Shown here piece by piece: positions 9,212 through 19,046 of a DNA stretch of 50,571 nucleotides (position 1 is its first letter; each line of letters opens with the position of its first letter). The DNA lies in NCBI GenBank assembly GCA_049284355.1, contig JBAPXT010000317.1, positions 1-50,571 of the forward strand, read 5' to 3'. Source of the stretch: Sedimentisphaerales bacterium. GTDB lineage: Bacteria; Planctomycetota; Phycisphaerae; Sedimentisphaerales; Anaerobacaceae. A program made the position numbers and the translations under genes. A model generated the notes under the pieces. It made no database searches. It was not told the origin of the DNA and worked only from the letters and a program-made list of their open reading frames with translations.

Positions 9212-9331
9212 TGCAAATGTTCCTACCTTTCCTTCACCAATTTTACATACTCTTAACCAGAAGACTTAAATAACTTTCGAATACGCTTTACAACAATTTA
9301 TCTAATAAAGTTATACGAACCAAAGTATCCG

Positions 9332-9357
9332 ATGGAAATAGGCAATATCCTTAAAAT
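9332..9357 (-). promoter_or_regulatory. Copy of the recurrent upstream motif (best copy)
   Basis: The minus strand reads ATTTTAAGGATATTGCCTATTTCCAT, 23/26 identical to 27873-27898 (+). It lies about 125 nt upstream of the Zn-ribbon A start. Confidence 0.45.
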
Positions 9358-9468
9358 TGCTTCGCAATTGCTTAACGGTAGGTTGACCACCGTGCAGAGT
9401 ATAAGATGTGCAAACGCGGAAAAAGTGCAGAAAACGAACAATAAAGGGCTATGGTGAGGTGATTACGG

Positions 9469-10113
9469 CTACACTTCTGTAAGCCCCTCCTGAACGGCGT
9501 ATTTGGTTAATTGGGCTATGTTGTCGATGTCTAACTTCTCCATTATTCTCAGCCGATGTGCTTCAACTGTCTTGGGGCTGATGTGCAGGTGCCGACCGAT
9601 TTGCTTGGTTGTCTTGCCTTCCGCCAGCAACTGCAGGACTTCTCTTTCTCTTTGGCTTAATACGGAAAATGCCGACTTTTCCTCGCTGGGTTTGCCTGCG
9701 TATTCTTTGATAATCATATCTCCTACGGACGGACTGACATAGGGTCTGCCGGCAGCCACCGTTTTGACTGCTTCAACCAGCTCCTCAAATGGACGGTTCT
9801 TTAGCAGGTAACCTGATGCGCCGGCTCTGAACATCTCTCTTATATACTTGTCGCTCGAATGCATTGAAAGCCCTATCACTTTCACATTCGGATGGTCCTT
9901 TGTGATTTTGCGCGTGGCTTCAATGCCGTTAAGGTCAGGCATCCCTATGTCCATTATAACTACATCCGGCTGCAGTTCCCGGACCAGCTCTATAGTAGAG
10001 TGGCCGTCGTTTGCCTGCCCGACAACATCAATGTCCTTTTCCTGCTCGAAGGCCCTGCTTAAGCCGTGGCGTAAAATGGCGTGGTCGTCGGCCAATATGA
10101 TTCTGATACTCAT
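9469..10113 (-). CDS. NarL/FixJ-type response regulator (REC plus LuxR HTH)
   Basis: 214 aa. The receiver shows IILADDH and VVIMDIGMPDLNG. The C-terminal region LSQREREVLQLLAEGKTTKQIGRHLHISPKTVEAHRLRIMEKL is a GerE/LuxR HTH. Confidence 0.92.
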   Translation of the reverse strand: MSIRIILADDHAILRHGLSRAFEQEKDIDVVGQANDGHSTIELVRELQPDVVIMDIGMPDLNGIEATRKITKDHPNVKVIGLSMHSSDKYIREMFRAGASGYLLKNRPFEELVEAVKTVAAGRPYVSPSVGDMIIKEYAGKPSEEKSAFSVLSQREREVLQLLAEGKTTKQIGRHLHISPKTVEAHRLRIMEKLDIDNIAQLTKYAVQEGLTEV

Positions 10114-10116
10114 TAT

Positions 10117-11283
10117 TTACTCCTTTATCTTATTTTCTTCTTCAAGATTAAGCGGTGCTATTAATGTTACTCTTGTCCCCTTGTCCCTGCCGGATTCTAT
10201 CTTAAAATGACCGCCTATATGGACAAGACGCTCCCGGACATTAAATATACCAAATCCTTTTACTTTTTCCAGACCTCCGTTCAGAACCGATGCATCAAAT
10301 CCCCGTCCGTCATCCTCGACCGTAACGTAGATGTCGCTGCTCGTTCTGAGCAATGAGACCTTCACGATGTTGGCACGGGAATGTTTTGCTGCGTTAATAA
10401 GCAGCTCCCTGACGGCGCGATATAAAAGAATTTTAACGTCATCGGCTAAAGGTTTGGGCATTCGGCAGGTCTTGAAGCTGCACCGGATTTTTTTCTCTTT
10501 TGAGAATCTGTCGACTAAATCCTCGACCGCCACCTCAAAGCCCAAATCATAAAGTATGCTCGGACTCAGGTCAAAGCTCAGTGTCCGGGCCTGTTCGATG
10601 GCTTTGTCTAACTGGTCGGAAACCTGCTGCAGAGATTTGGTTAGTTCTTCTGGCGATGACTTTTGCAGAGTTTTCAGCTCTCTGCTGGCGAAAGAAAGTA
10701 TCTGCCCTATCGAATCATGCAGGTCGCTTGCTATTTGTCTCCTTTCCCGTTCCCCCGTCAGCTCTAATTCCGCGGCCAGAGACCTGAGCTTCTCTTGACT
10801 GTGGCGAAGCTCCGCTGTCCGCTCATTAACCCGAACTTCCAGCTCATCCCGGGCTTTCTGTATTTCCTGCTCGGCCCGTTTGCGCTCGATGGCGTAGCGG
10901 ACGGCGCGGGCAATGAGCCGGCCGTCGGCCTGACCCTTCACCAGGTAATCCTGAGCGCCCATTCGCACGGCTTCAATGCCTGTTTTTTCGTCATCGATAC
11001 CCGTAAGCACCACAATCGGCATATCAGGACAGGCACTTTTTACCCCCCTGACAGTCTTAAGACCGGAGCTGTCTGGAAGGGACAAATCAAGCAGTGTCGC
11101 GTCAATGTGATTGTTTTTAAGATGGTCGATGGACTCGTGCAGAGACCCCGCAACGCTGACAGAAAGGTCCGCAACTCCGCTTGACAGAATGCTTTCCTGC
11201 AGCAACAGGGCGTCTGAGCCACTGTCTTCTACAAGCAGGATTTGCAGTAACTTCCCTGAATCTGTGTTTTTCGCCTTTTTCAT
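10117..11283 (-). CDS. Hybrid receiver-histidine kinase (N-terminal REC, HisKA_3, HATPase_c)
   Basis: 388 aa. The receiver shows [11 protein letters not shown] and [14 protein letters not shown] coiled coil follows, then the HisKA_3 H-box [12 protein letters not shown] and the ATPase motifs VEDDGRGF and [11 protein letters not shown]. Confidence 0.85.
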   Translation of the reverse strand: MKKAKNTDSGKLLQILLVEDSGSDALLLQESILSSGVADLSVSVAGSLHESIDHLKNNHIDATLLDLSLPDSSGLKTVRGVKSACPDMPIVVLTGIDDEKTGIEAVRMGAQDYLVKGQADGRLIARAVRYAIERKRAEQEIQKARDELEVRVNERTAELRHSQEKLRSLAAELELTGERERRQIASDLHDSIGQILSFASRELKTLQKSSPEELTKSLQQVSDQLDKAIEQARTLSFDLSPSILYDLGFEVAVEDLVDRFSKEKKIRCSFKTCRMPKPLADDVKILLYRAVRELLINAAKHSRANIVKVSLLRTSSDIYVTVEDDGRGFDASVLNGGLEKVKGFGIFNVRERLVHIGGHFKIESGRDKGTRVTLIAPLNLEEENKIKE

Positions 11284-11726
11284 ATTTTAGGGGGCAGCGT
11301 GACAATCGAGAGCCAGAAGTTTTCAATGGACTTTACTACCACGATGAAATGCTCGAAATCAACGGGTTTGGTAATATAACAGTTCGCGTTAAGCTCGTAT
11401 GACCGCAATATATCCTGGTCGGAATGTGAGGTGGTCAGGACAATTATCGGAATTATTCTCAACGCCGGGTCGTTCTTTAACTCCGCCAGGACTTCGCGGC
11501 CGTCCTTTCGCGGCAAATTAAGGTCAAGTATAATCAGGTCCGGCCTTGTAGCGTTTTTATATTTGCCCTGACGTTTTAAGTAGGCCATCGCTTCGACGCC
11601 GTCTTCAACGTAGTTGAGCCTGTTTGAGACCTTGCCCGCCTTGAGGGCTTCGATTGTCAAGGTGGTATCGCTGGGGCTGTCCTCCACCAGCAATATCTCG
11701 ATAGGTTTGTTTTCAGGTATATTCAT
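11280..11726 (-). CDS. Single-domain CheY-like response regulator
   Basis: 148 aa with [28 protein letters not shown] and YITKP. Its stop overlaps the downstream start by 4 nt. Confidence 0.9.
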   Translation of the reverse strand: MNIPENKPIEILLVEDSPSDTTLTIEALKAGKVSNRLNYVEDGVEAMAYLKRQGKYKNATRPDLIILDLNLPRKDGREVLAELKNDPALRIIPIIVLTTSHSDQDILRSYELNANCYITKPVDFEHFIVVVKSIENFWLSIVTLPPKI

Positions 11727-11728
11727 TG

Positions 11729-14389
11729 TTAAATATCTCCTTTGTCCGGGATAGTAAAATAAAACGTCGAACCGCTTCCCGGTTTGGATTCGACCCAGAT
11801 TTTTCCGCCGTGGCGCTCAACAATTTTCTTGCAGATTGCCAGCCCAATGCCAGTTCCGGGGTATTTGTCCCGGCTGTGTAGCCGCTGGAAAATTTGGAAA
11901 ATACGTTCGGCGTATTGTGGCTCAATACCGATTCCGTTATCGGTTACAGCGAACCGCCAGACGCCGTCTGCCCGGGTGGCGCTGATATGCACCTGTGGAG
12001 TTTCGTTGTTGCAGAACTTGAGGGCGTTGCCTACAAGGTTCTGAAACAGTTGCGTAAGCTGCACGGCATCAACACAGACCTTCGGCAAATCGTCAAAGGT
12101 GATTTTCGCGCCGAATTCCCTTACGCCTCCTCCTAAATGCGCAATCGCACGGCCAAGGGCCGCTTTCGAATCGGTCATCTCCGGCTTCTTGTCGCGGGTG
12201 CCGACTCGCGAATATTCCAGAAGTCCGTTGATAAGCGACTGCATCCTTGCTACTCCGTCTGTGGCAAAATTCATATATTCCAGCTTCTTCGCATCGAGCG
12301 AGTCCCGAAGCTGCATCCGCAGCAGCCCCACAAAACCGGCGACAGCCCGCAGCGGCTCCTGTAGGTCGTGACTGGCCACGTATGCAAACTGCTCAAGGTC
12401 TCTGTTCGACCGCGCCAGCTCCTCCGTCCTCTGTTTAACCTGGTCCTCCAGTTCCTTTTGCTCTGTGATGTCTGTTGCCGTGCCGAAACCGCCCAACAGC
12501 GTGCCATCCTTGTCGGACTCCAACTCGGCCTTTTCGCGGACCCACTTGGTTTGGCCGTCAACAACAATTCTGTGCTCGATATCGTAACCCTTGCCGCGTA
12601 AAGCTTCCCGCCACTTTTGGTTAACATACTTGCGGTCTTCATGATGAACGCAGGCAAGAAATGACTCGTATGTCATAGGCGTTCCCGTTGGAATGCCGAA
12701 TATGTGATATGCCTCTTCAGACCAGGTAAGTTCATCGCGCTGAATGTCCAATCTCCAGCTTCCGGTATGTGCCACGGCCTGTGCGCGGTTTAAATCTTCC
12801 CTGCTCTTGCGCAGCACCTCCTCGGCCTCCTTGCGCTCGGTGATGTCATGGTTGCTGCCGCGGATGCCAAGGAACTGGCCGGACTTGTCGTACACAGGCT
12901 GGCAGATATGTGCGACCCAGCAACAGGTCCCATCGGGACGAATGTATCGCCATTCCGCTTCGGCAAACCCCTCCTGTTTATGTTCAACCTCGCGTAAATG
13001 TTTTTCAAGTTGCGGGCGGTCGTCGGGATGAACAAGACTAATGCGCAAACTGGGGTTGGCCAAAAACTCTTCAGGCTTATGGCCGGTTATCCGTTTGCAG
13101 GAAGGCGAACAGTAAATAAACCGGCCCTCGGGGTCCAGCCAGAACTCCCAGTCGTACGTGTTGTCGGCCACTGTGCGGTATTTAATCTCGCTCTCACGCA
13201 GTGCCGCCTCTGCCTGCTTTCGCTCGCGGACCTCTATACTCAACTCATCTCGCGAAGCGGTGGTCGTCTTTAAATCATGGGTCATTTTGTCAAATGACCT
13301 CGAAAGCTGACCTATTTCATCCTTTAAATTAGTCCCGATTTTATAGTCTAAATTTCCGCCTCCAATTATCTCTGCGCCTTTGGAGAGCCGTTTTATCGGC
13401 TCAGAAATGGATTGTGCTATCGAAAACGCCATTACGCTGCTCAGGGCAATAATAATAACAAGGATTATAATTATCAAATGTCTTAAATTTGTTACGTCGG
13501 CAAATGCCTCCTTGACATCGATTTTAGCCACCATTCCCCAGTCTAAAGAAGGAATATACCGCCACGCTGCTATGACTTTCTTGCCCTGGTAATCGATTAA
13601 TTGTCCCGCTCCGCTTCTGCCTTGCACCGCCTCCTGAATAGGACCGCCGGCCTCCTCTCCTATATTTATCCTCTTCATAACCGTGTTTGGCTCATGCCTC
13701 AGCGGATTTAAATATACTATTTCGTTACCGCTCTTCTTCCCAACCAGCACCTCGCCGGTCTTACCCAGCCCGGTTGCATCCTGAATCAGTTTATGAACGG
13801 GCGTCATATCCACTTCAAAAGCGATGACCCCGATAAAAGCGCCGTTGAAATCAGAGGCCGGTGCGGTAAGCAGTATTTCGAGTCTGTTGTCTTCCTCTTT
13901 GTCGAAATACACATCCGAAAGGCAAATCCTGTCTTTCCCCTCGCTAAAGGCCTTCTGTTCAGCGTCATAACCTTTAGACATATCTTTGGAGTAATGTCCG
14001 GGTCTGTTTGCGTAAACGACCCTGCCTTCGGGATTAACCAGCATAATATCTGACATGTCTGTAACGGATTGCATCTGTTGTAATTGCTCATCGAGCGTTT
14101 TTTGGGCAGCAAGGAATTCCGGATTATTCGGGTCATGAGCAAGCCGAGTCAGCACGGGAAGGTTTTTCTTAATGTTGTAAAAGCCCTGTGCTATCTCTAT
14201 ATCGGCCTTTAATCCGGCAAAATACGTCTCTATTCTCTCGGCCTTAAAAGCGGCAAGGTTCCGCAACTGAGAAAAGTGATTGGCCTCAATGGAATTTTTA
14301 TAATTTTTAAAAGTTATGGCGCCGACAAAAAGTGTCGGTACTAACGCAATCGCAAGAAACATAATGATTAGTTTATATCTTATAGACAT
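11729..14389 (-). CDS. Membrane sensor histidine kinase (Cache-like extracytoplasmic domain, HAMP, 2x PAS, HisKA, HATPase_c)
   Basis: 886 aa. Two TM segments flank a roughly 280-aa loop. A HAMP domain follows ([25 protein letters not shown]), then two PAS/PAC modules, the H-box [10 protein letters not shown] and the ATP lid [18 protein letters not shown]. Confidence 0.9.
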   Translation of the reverse strand: MSIRYKLIIMFLAIALVPTLFVGAITFKNYKNSIEANHFSQLRNLAAFKAERIETYFAGLKADIEIAQGFYNIKKNLPVLTRLAHDPNNPEFLAAQKTLDEQLQQMQSVTDMSDIMLVNPEGRVVYANRPGHYSKDMSKGYDAEQKAFSEGKDRICLSDVYFDKEEDNRLEILLTAPASDFNGAFIGVIAFEVDMTPVHKLIQDATGLGKTGEVLVGKKSGNEIVYLNPLRHEPNTVMKRINIGEEAGGPIQEAVQGRSGAGQLIDYQGKKVIAAWRYIPSLDWGMVAKIDVKEAFADVTNLRHLIIIILVIIIALSSVMAFSIAQSISEPIKRLSKGAEIIGGGNLDYKIGTNLKDEIGQLSRSFDKMTHDLKTTTASRDELSIEVRERKQAEAALRESEIKYRTVADNTYDWEFWLDPEGRFIYCSPSCKRITGHKPEEFLANPSLRISLVHPDDRPQLEKHLREVEHKQEGFAEAEWRYIRPDGTCCWVAHICQPVYDKSGQFLGIRGSNHDITERKEAEEVLRKSREDLNRAQAVAHTGSWRLDIQRDELTWSEEAYHIFGIPTGTPMTYESFLACVHHEDRKYVNQKWREALRGKGYDIEHRIVVDGQTKWVREKAELESDKDGTLLGGFGTATDITEQKELEDQVKQRTEELARSNRDLEQFAYVASHDLQEPLRAVAGFVGLLRMQLRDSLDAKKLEYMNFATDGVARMQSLINGLLEYSRVGTRDKKPEMTDSKAALGRAIAHLGGGVREFGAKITFDDLPKVCVDAVQLTQLFQNLVGNALKFCNNETPQVHISATRADGVWRFAVTDNGIGIEPQYAERIFQIFQRLHSRDKYPGTGIGLAICKKIVERHGGKIWVESKPGSGSTFYFTIPDKGDI

Positions 14390-15003
14390 AGCAAGCCAAT
14401 TCCTAACAGCATGAACAAAACGGCCGTATGGCAGGCCATAGCCGAGTTTATTCCCTCAATGTAGTAATACATAAGCGGGGCGTCAATAATGTAGCCGGCT
14501 ACAGCCAATGCCCCTATTGCCCCGACTATCAGGCCGACAATTCTTAATTGTAACCGCAGTTTCACTGAATCAAACATCGTGAAACCGCCTGCAACGGCTA
14601 TTAGAATAAAATTAATCATCGTAGGTATCGATGGCCGACCGGGGGCTGCGCTCATTGGCGCAACCACCTTTTCCTTGACAAATAAATCTTCTGCCCCAGT
14701 TTGTATCCCCAGAATCGCAGAGAAAAACAATATCCCCATAAGGAGAACTATTATCAAACTGGTTATAGAAAGAACCACCTGTGCCTTGTCAAATTCACCT
14801 TCCACTGCCAGGACAATAAAATAGACAGTTATACCGCTCAGGACAAAAGCAATAGCGGTGTCGAATTTCATCGATACCCAGGAAGGCGTTATGCTTTTCA
14901 AGATGTCGATATCAAATATCCAGCCGATTATTACCAAAATCCCGGCAATACCCACGACCGCCGATAATATCTTGGCTATTTTTCTTTTCTTTTCAGGGAC
15001 CAT
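14380..15003 (-). CDS. Polytopic membrane protein, likely a detached sensor module of the kinase operon
   Basis: 207 aa with about 6 hydrophobic segments. It overlaps the kinase start by 10 nt. The N-terminal pattern GW.FDIDILKSI.P.WVSMKFDTAIAFVLSG resembles membrane modules found fused to PAS kinases (from memory, unverified). Confidence 0.6.
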   Translation of the reverse strand: MVPEKKRKIAKILSAVVGIAGILVIIGWIFDIDILKSITPSWVSMKFDTAIAFVLSGITVYFIVLAVEGEFDKAQVVLSITSLIIVLLMGILFFSAILGIQTGAEDLFVKEKVVAPMSAAPGRPSIPTMINFILIAVAGGFTMFDSVKLRLQLRIVGLIVGAIGALAVAGYIIDAPLMYYYIEGINSAMACHTAVLFMLLGIGLLCL

Positions 15004-15006
15004 CTT

Positions 15007-15099
15007 TTATCCGCTTTTTTCCTCTTTTGTCTGATAGAACCGGCGGAAATCCGCACCCCACAGAACATCGCCGACAATGTCAATGCTGGTTCGTCTCAT
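15007..15099 (-). CDS. Candidate 30-aa small ORF leading the two-component operon
   Basis: Too short for the ORF track. GGGGAGG lies 7 nt upstream of the ATG at 15099. The product is MRRTSIDIVGDVLWGADFRRFYQTKEEKSG. Its TAA stop is 3 nt before the ATG of the next gene. Confidence 0.3.
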   Translation of the reverse strand: MRRTSIDIVGDVLWGADFRRFYQTKEEKSG

Positions 15100-15432
15100 A
15101 TTTTTGCCTCCCCGTATCACTTAGGAAGAACTCATAAACGCTGCGATAATGAAAATCTCATGTTAAGAAGGCCCTCTTGGGAGAAAGAGCAGCTCATCTT
15201 TGATTTCTGCTCATTTTCATTTGCTTGATAATACGTTCCCGGATGGTTGCTCCATAAGTCGATAAGTCGATTTCACTTAAAATTAACAATTATAGGGGAT
15301 TAAATCAATAAAATTATACCCAAAGAGTGCATCCCGGCACCATTTTGGGGGTTTCCTGAAGGCGATGTCTTCTTGATTTATGTACGAGTGGGGCTTCCTG
15401 GCAAAATGGGTAAGGGAGTTTAACCTGCAAAA

Positions 15433-15455
15433 TTAAGGATTATCCCTATTTTACA
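15433..15455 (+). promoter_or_regulatory. Weaker copy of the recurrent upstream motif
   Basis: TTAAGGATTATCCCTATTTTACA, about 70 nt upstream of the glgP ATG, in the same orientation. CTATTT (15446-15451) pairs with a downstream AAATAG. Confidence 0.3.
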
Positions 15456-15523
15456 GCCTCAGCTAAATAGTTTACAATAGACAGATTATAGCTTGAAGAA
15501 AAATCGGATAAGGCAGTGCCTGT

Positions 15524-18070
15524 ATGATTTCCAAAAGTATTTTCGTTTATCCCAAGTACCCCGACAATTTGCAGCATCTGTATGAATTGGCTCGCAATGT
15601 ATGGTCTGTCTGGGATTACGAGGCGGTTGAGCTGTTCTACAGAATAGATGCTCAGCTTTTTCGGGAGGTTAATCATAATCCCCTGAAGTTCCTCAATAGT
15701 CTGAGCAGAAAAAGACTGGAGGCCTTGTCGCAGGACAGGGGGTTTATATATGAGCTTGAAAAAATATGGGAAAAATTCCAGTCATATCTTCAGCACACCA
15801 CTTCTTTTAAGGATGAATGTCGCTGCGAATATAACCTTAAGCAGGACGATGTGATTGCCTACTTTTCGATGGAGTTTGGACTCCACGAATCCATTCCCAT
15901 ATATGCCGGCGGACTTGGCGTCTTGGCCGGAGACTTTCTAAAAGGCGTTTCTGACCTCGACCTGCCGATTGTGGGGGTCGGACTGCTCTACAAATACGGG
16001 TATTTCAAACAGCTTATTGACTCAAAAGGTTATCAGCAGGAAATACTTGTGCCTTTTGAGAATCATCTTGTCCCCGCCAGGGTGCTGCGCATTCCGCAGG
16101 AAAACAATGCGCATCTCAGTATGAAGATTCTTAATGAGGAGGTCAAAGTTAAATTGTGGCAGGTAGATGTTGGGAAAGCCGGATTAATATTGCTCGATAC
16201 CGATATTGAGGAAAATCCGCCTCATTTACGCAGTATTAACGATGAGCTTTACGTCAGCGGCCGGGAGGAAAGAATCCGGCAGGAGCTGGTGCTTGGTATC
16301 GGAGGTGTAAAAGCGATCGACCTTCTGGGGATAAAGCCGAAAGTGTATCATCTTAACGAAGGACATTCCGCATTCGCTATTATAGCCAGATTGTCCGGCT
16401 TAATGCGCGACGGAAATATTTCGTTCTCGCAGGCAAGGGCCATTATAAGGGCTTCTACAGTATTTACAACGCATACCCCCGTCATAGCGGGAAACGAACA
16501 TTTTAAAACTGATTTGGTGAAAAGGTACCTGCAGCCAAAGCTCAGAGAAACTGGTCTTGCGTATGATGAAATAGCAAAATTTGGTTACATAAATGATGAT
16601 GCAGATGTCTTCTGGATGCCGGCATTTGCTATAAATTTTTCTCGATATATTAATGCTGTCTCGAACCAGCACGCCGGCGTCGCCCGGAAAATGTGGTCGC
16701 CCCTTTTTCCCGAAAGACAGGACATAGAAATTCCCATCGTCCCTGTTACCAACGGCGTGCACGTTTCCTGGATAAGCCCGCCTTTTACGGATTTGTTCAA
16801 CCGTTATCTGGGGCCGGATTACGTACATTGCAGCAGGCAAAGGGATATCTGGAACAATATCTATAATATTCCCGATGAAGAGCTGTGGGAGGAGCATCGG
16901 AGAAACAAAAAAGGTTTGATTAATTATATAAGAAGGCAGCTCAGAAGCCAGACCGCCGACAGCGGATACTCGCAGCCCAGAACGTCAGGTACGAGCCTTT
17001 CCCTCAACACCGATTATCTTACCGTGGTTTTCGCCAGGCGTTTTGCTGCTTATAAAAGACCGACGTTGATGCTCAAAGACAAGGAAAGATTCAGAAAGAT
17101 TCTGACAGACCCTGCCAGGCCGATACAAATGATTTTTTCAGGAAAGGCGCATCCTGCAGACGGGCAAGGCAAGGAAATGATTAAGGAAGTGCTCGATTTT
17201 GCAGAGCAGTATCACGTGGAGGACCGCGTAATTTTTCTGGAGAATTACGATATAAACACTGCTCGGCATCTGGTCTGGGGTGCTGACATATGGTTAAATA
17301 CGCCGGTTCATAATATGGAGGCCTGCGGAACCAGCGGAATGAAGGCAGCTATGAACGGGGCTTTACATCTCAGCACTCTTGAAGGCTGGTGGCAGGAAGG
17401 CTATAACGGCAAAAACGGCTGGGCAATAACCGCCGGCACGCCTTATAGCAGACCGGATTTGCAGGATTTGGCTGATGCCAATCAATTATACGACCTGCTC
17501 GAATATGAGATATCGGTTTTATATTACGACCGTGATGCGGCAAATATACCCCAGGCATGGGTAAGGAGGATGAAAAACTCCTTATTTTCCATTTGTCAGA
17601 ACTTTAACATAAATCGGATGCTTTGCGATTATCTCAGAGAATGTTATCTGCCTTCTATGCGGCATTCGGAAGATATTTCTCAGGACGATTATAAAATACT
17701 GAAAGAGGCGGAACAGGAAGAAAATGATGTGCTGAAATACTGGGATAAGATAAGGATAACATCTTTCACTACTGATGTGGAGCAGAAAGACCGTCTCACC
17801 AAAGGTGATATAGTGAACGTGCAGTGCAGTGTCCAGTTGAACCACGTTTCAGTGGAGCTTATCACTGTTGAGCTGTTTTATATGCTCGATAACAAAAGTA
17901 AATTTAAAATTGTTCCTATGCAGCTCCAAAGCGAAGAAAATACGGTCGCCGGCTACCAATGCACCTTTGAAATAGAAGAATACGGTTTGCAGAATATAAA
18001 TGTCCGCATCAGGCCGGCTAATAAAATCGTCCAGGATTTGCACCCCGAATTAATCAAATGGGCTGAATAA
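15524..18070 (+). CDS. glgP: Alpha-glucan (glycogen/maltodextrin) phosphorylase, GT35, DUF3417-type N-terminus
   Basis: 848 aa. FSMEFGLHESIPIYAGGLGVLAGDFLK is present, along with the PLP-lysine context EACGTSGMKAAMNGAL. Confidence 0.9.
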   Translation: MISKSIFVYPKYPDNLQHLYELARNVWSVWDYEAVELFYRIDAQLFREVNHNPLKFLNSLSRKRLEALSQDRGFIYELEKIWEKFQSYLQHTTSFKDECRCEYNLKQDDVIAYFSMEFGLHESIPIYAGGLGVLAGDFLKGVSDLDLPIVGVGLLYKYGYFKQLIDSKGYQQEILVPFENHLVPARVLRIPQENNAHLSMKILNEEVKVKLWQVDVGKAGLILLDTDIEENPPHLRSINDELYVSGREERIRQELVLGIGGVKAIDLLGIKPKVYHLNEGHSAFAIIARLSGLMRDGNISFSQARAIIRASTVFTTHTPVIAGNEHFKTDLVKRYLQPKLRETGLAYDEIAKFGYINDDADVFWMPAFAINFSRYINAVSNQHAGVARKMWSPLFPERQDIEIPIVPVTNGVHVSWISPPFTDLFNRYLGPDYVHCSRQRDIWNNIYNIPDEELWEEHRRNKKGLINYIRRQLRSQTADSGYSQPRTSGTSLSLNTDYLTVVFARRFAAYKRPTLMLKDKERFRKILTDPARPIQMIFSGKAHPADGQGKEMIKEVLDFAEQYHVEDRVIFLENYDINTARHLVWGADIWLNTPVHNMEACGTSGMKAAMNGALHLSTLEGWWQEGYNGKNGWAITAGTPYSRPDLQDLADANQLYDLLEYEISVLYYDRDAANIPQAWVRRMKNSLFSICQNFNINRMLCDYLRECYLPSMRHSEDISQDDYKILKEAEQEENDVLKYWDKIRITSFTTDVEQKDRLTKGDIVNVQCSVQLNHVSVELITVELFYMLDNKSKFKIVPMQLQSEENTVAGYQCTFEIEEYGLQNINVRIRPANKIVQDLHPELIKWAE

Positions 18071-18172
18071 AGTTGATTCTCAGCAAATCCTGTTTGAAAT
18101 GTCGAGTTTGAAGTTCTCTTTGCCGCAAAGTGAATTTACTTTGCCTTATTGCAAGTTTAATTTTACCCTATA

Positions 18173-18823
18173 TCAATTTGATATGTCTTGAGGTATACCG
18201 TGTCCTTGATAAATTGGTTTTTCATCAGAAGATGCAGACCAGTGTTTTAGTTTCACACAAAAATAATCAATGAATTCCTTTTCGAGTCCGATGTCACTGA
18301 GAAAATGACTTAGTACGCTGTGGTCGATACTATCATAACAAGCTGTAAGATCAAAGGATGCGGCATATTTATATCCTGCATCATATGCATCTTCTAATGC
18401 CTTAGCGTAAGCCTTGTATCCTTTTTGCCATTTCTGATAAAAAAACAAACTTCTTTTGCCCGCATATATATGGCCAAACACAAGCGAATAATATCCTCTT
18501 TTTACTCTTGGATACAATTTATCCGCCACTATATTAGCTAATGCCTGATAAACAATTTGATCCTCAATACTCAAAAGTGTATAAGGCCGTAATATGCCAG
18601 ACTTCTTTGGCAAGTATATTTTTGTTGCATGAAGTGCCTTATAAGTTGCATTCTTTAGCCTTTTATGCAAATCCTCAATTTCCTTATCAGTAGTTAATGA
18701 ATAAGCTTTATAGATATGCCTAAAATAACTTTTGTATTGCGCATCAGGATTGGTTCGAGTCCATAACCATGCTCGTTTTAGATTATCAATACCAAAGGCT
18801 TTTTTAAGACTTTCCGTTAACAA
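18173..18823 (-). pseudogene. Reverse transcriptase, N-terminal half only (truncated inside RT motif 4; the YxDD catalytic motif is absent)
   Basis: TTG start with AGGAG 6 nt upstream. RT motifs 1-2 read IYLPKKSGILRPYTLLSIEDQIVYQAL and motif 3 reads FDLTACYDSIDH. Motif 4 begins GIPQ and is immediately followed by D-I-S-N-stop. Only about 100 bp remain before the convergent glgP stop, and no frame there continues an RT. Confidence 0.65.
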
Positions 18824-18964
18824 ATCATGCTCCTGTTATAGTTACTGTTTGCAAAATCAGGGGACGCCATACTTATTTCTCTATTATTTATAAAGTCCAT
18901 CTGCCGGACGGCAAAGTTGACGGACAAAGGTGTGATTCTCCGCATCTTCCGGCCTTAAGGAAGC

Positions 18965-18994
18965 ATTATATCGCTAAACAGTGAAAGAGGACAA
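18965..18994 (-). promoter_or_regulatory. Candidate sigma70-type promoter for the RT remnant
   Basis: On the minus strand: TTGTCC (18994-18989), an 18-nt spacer, then TATAAT (18970-18965). This predicts a leader of about 135 nt. Confidence 0.35.
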
Positions 18995-19017
18995 GCTTTT
19001 TTCAGTTCTTAAGAACC

Positions 19018-19037
19018 CCCGCCTGCCGGCAGGCGGG
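19018..19037 (-). terminator. GC-rich perfect palindrome/hairpin after the orphan gene
   Basis: CCCGCCTGCCGGCAGGCGGG is a 20-nt perfect palindrome, 10 nt downstream of the stop at 19047. No clean U-tract follows; the 12-nt palindrome GTTCTTAAGAAC comes next. Confidence 0.4.
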
Positions 19038-19046
19038 AGCCAGAAG

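Noticed and set aside
12271-13035. Antisense and out-of-frame ORFs inside the 886-aa histidine kinase gene (for example 12271..12657, 12744..13031, 12790..13035).
   Set aside because: The kinase frame has clear domain motifs throughout. These ORFs are Arg/Ser/Ala-rich shadow frames typical of antisense translation.
19016-19040. The hairpins GAACCCCCGCCTGCCGGCAGGCGGG (19013-19037) and GGAACCCGCCATAGGCGGG (47675-47693) as members of one REP family.
   Set aside because: Shared sequence is limited to GAACCC..GCC/GGCGGG, there are only two copies, and the loops differ. This is insufficient to claim a repeat family without a genome-wide count.
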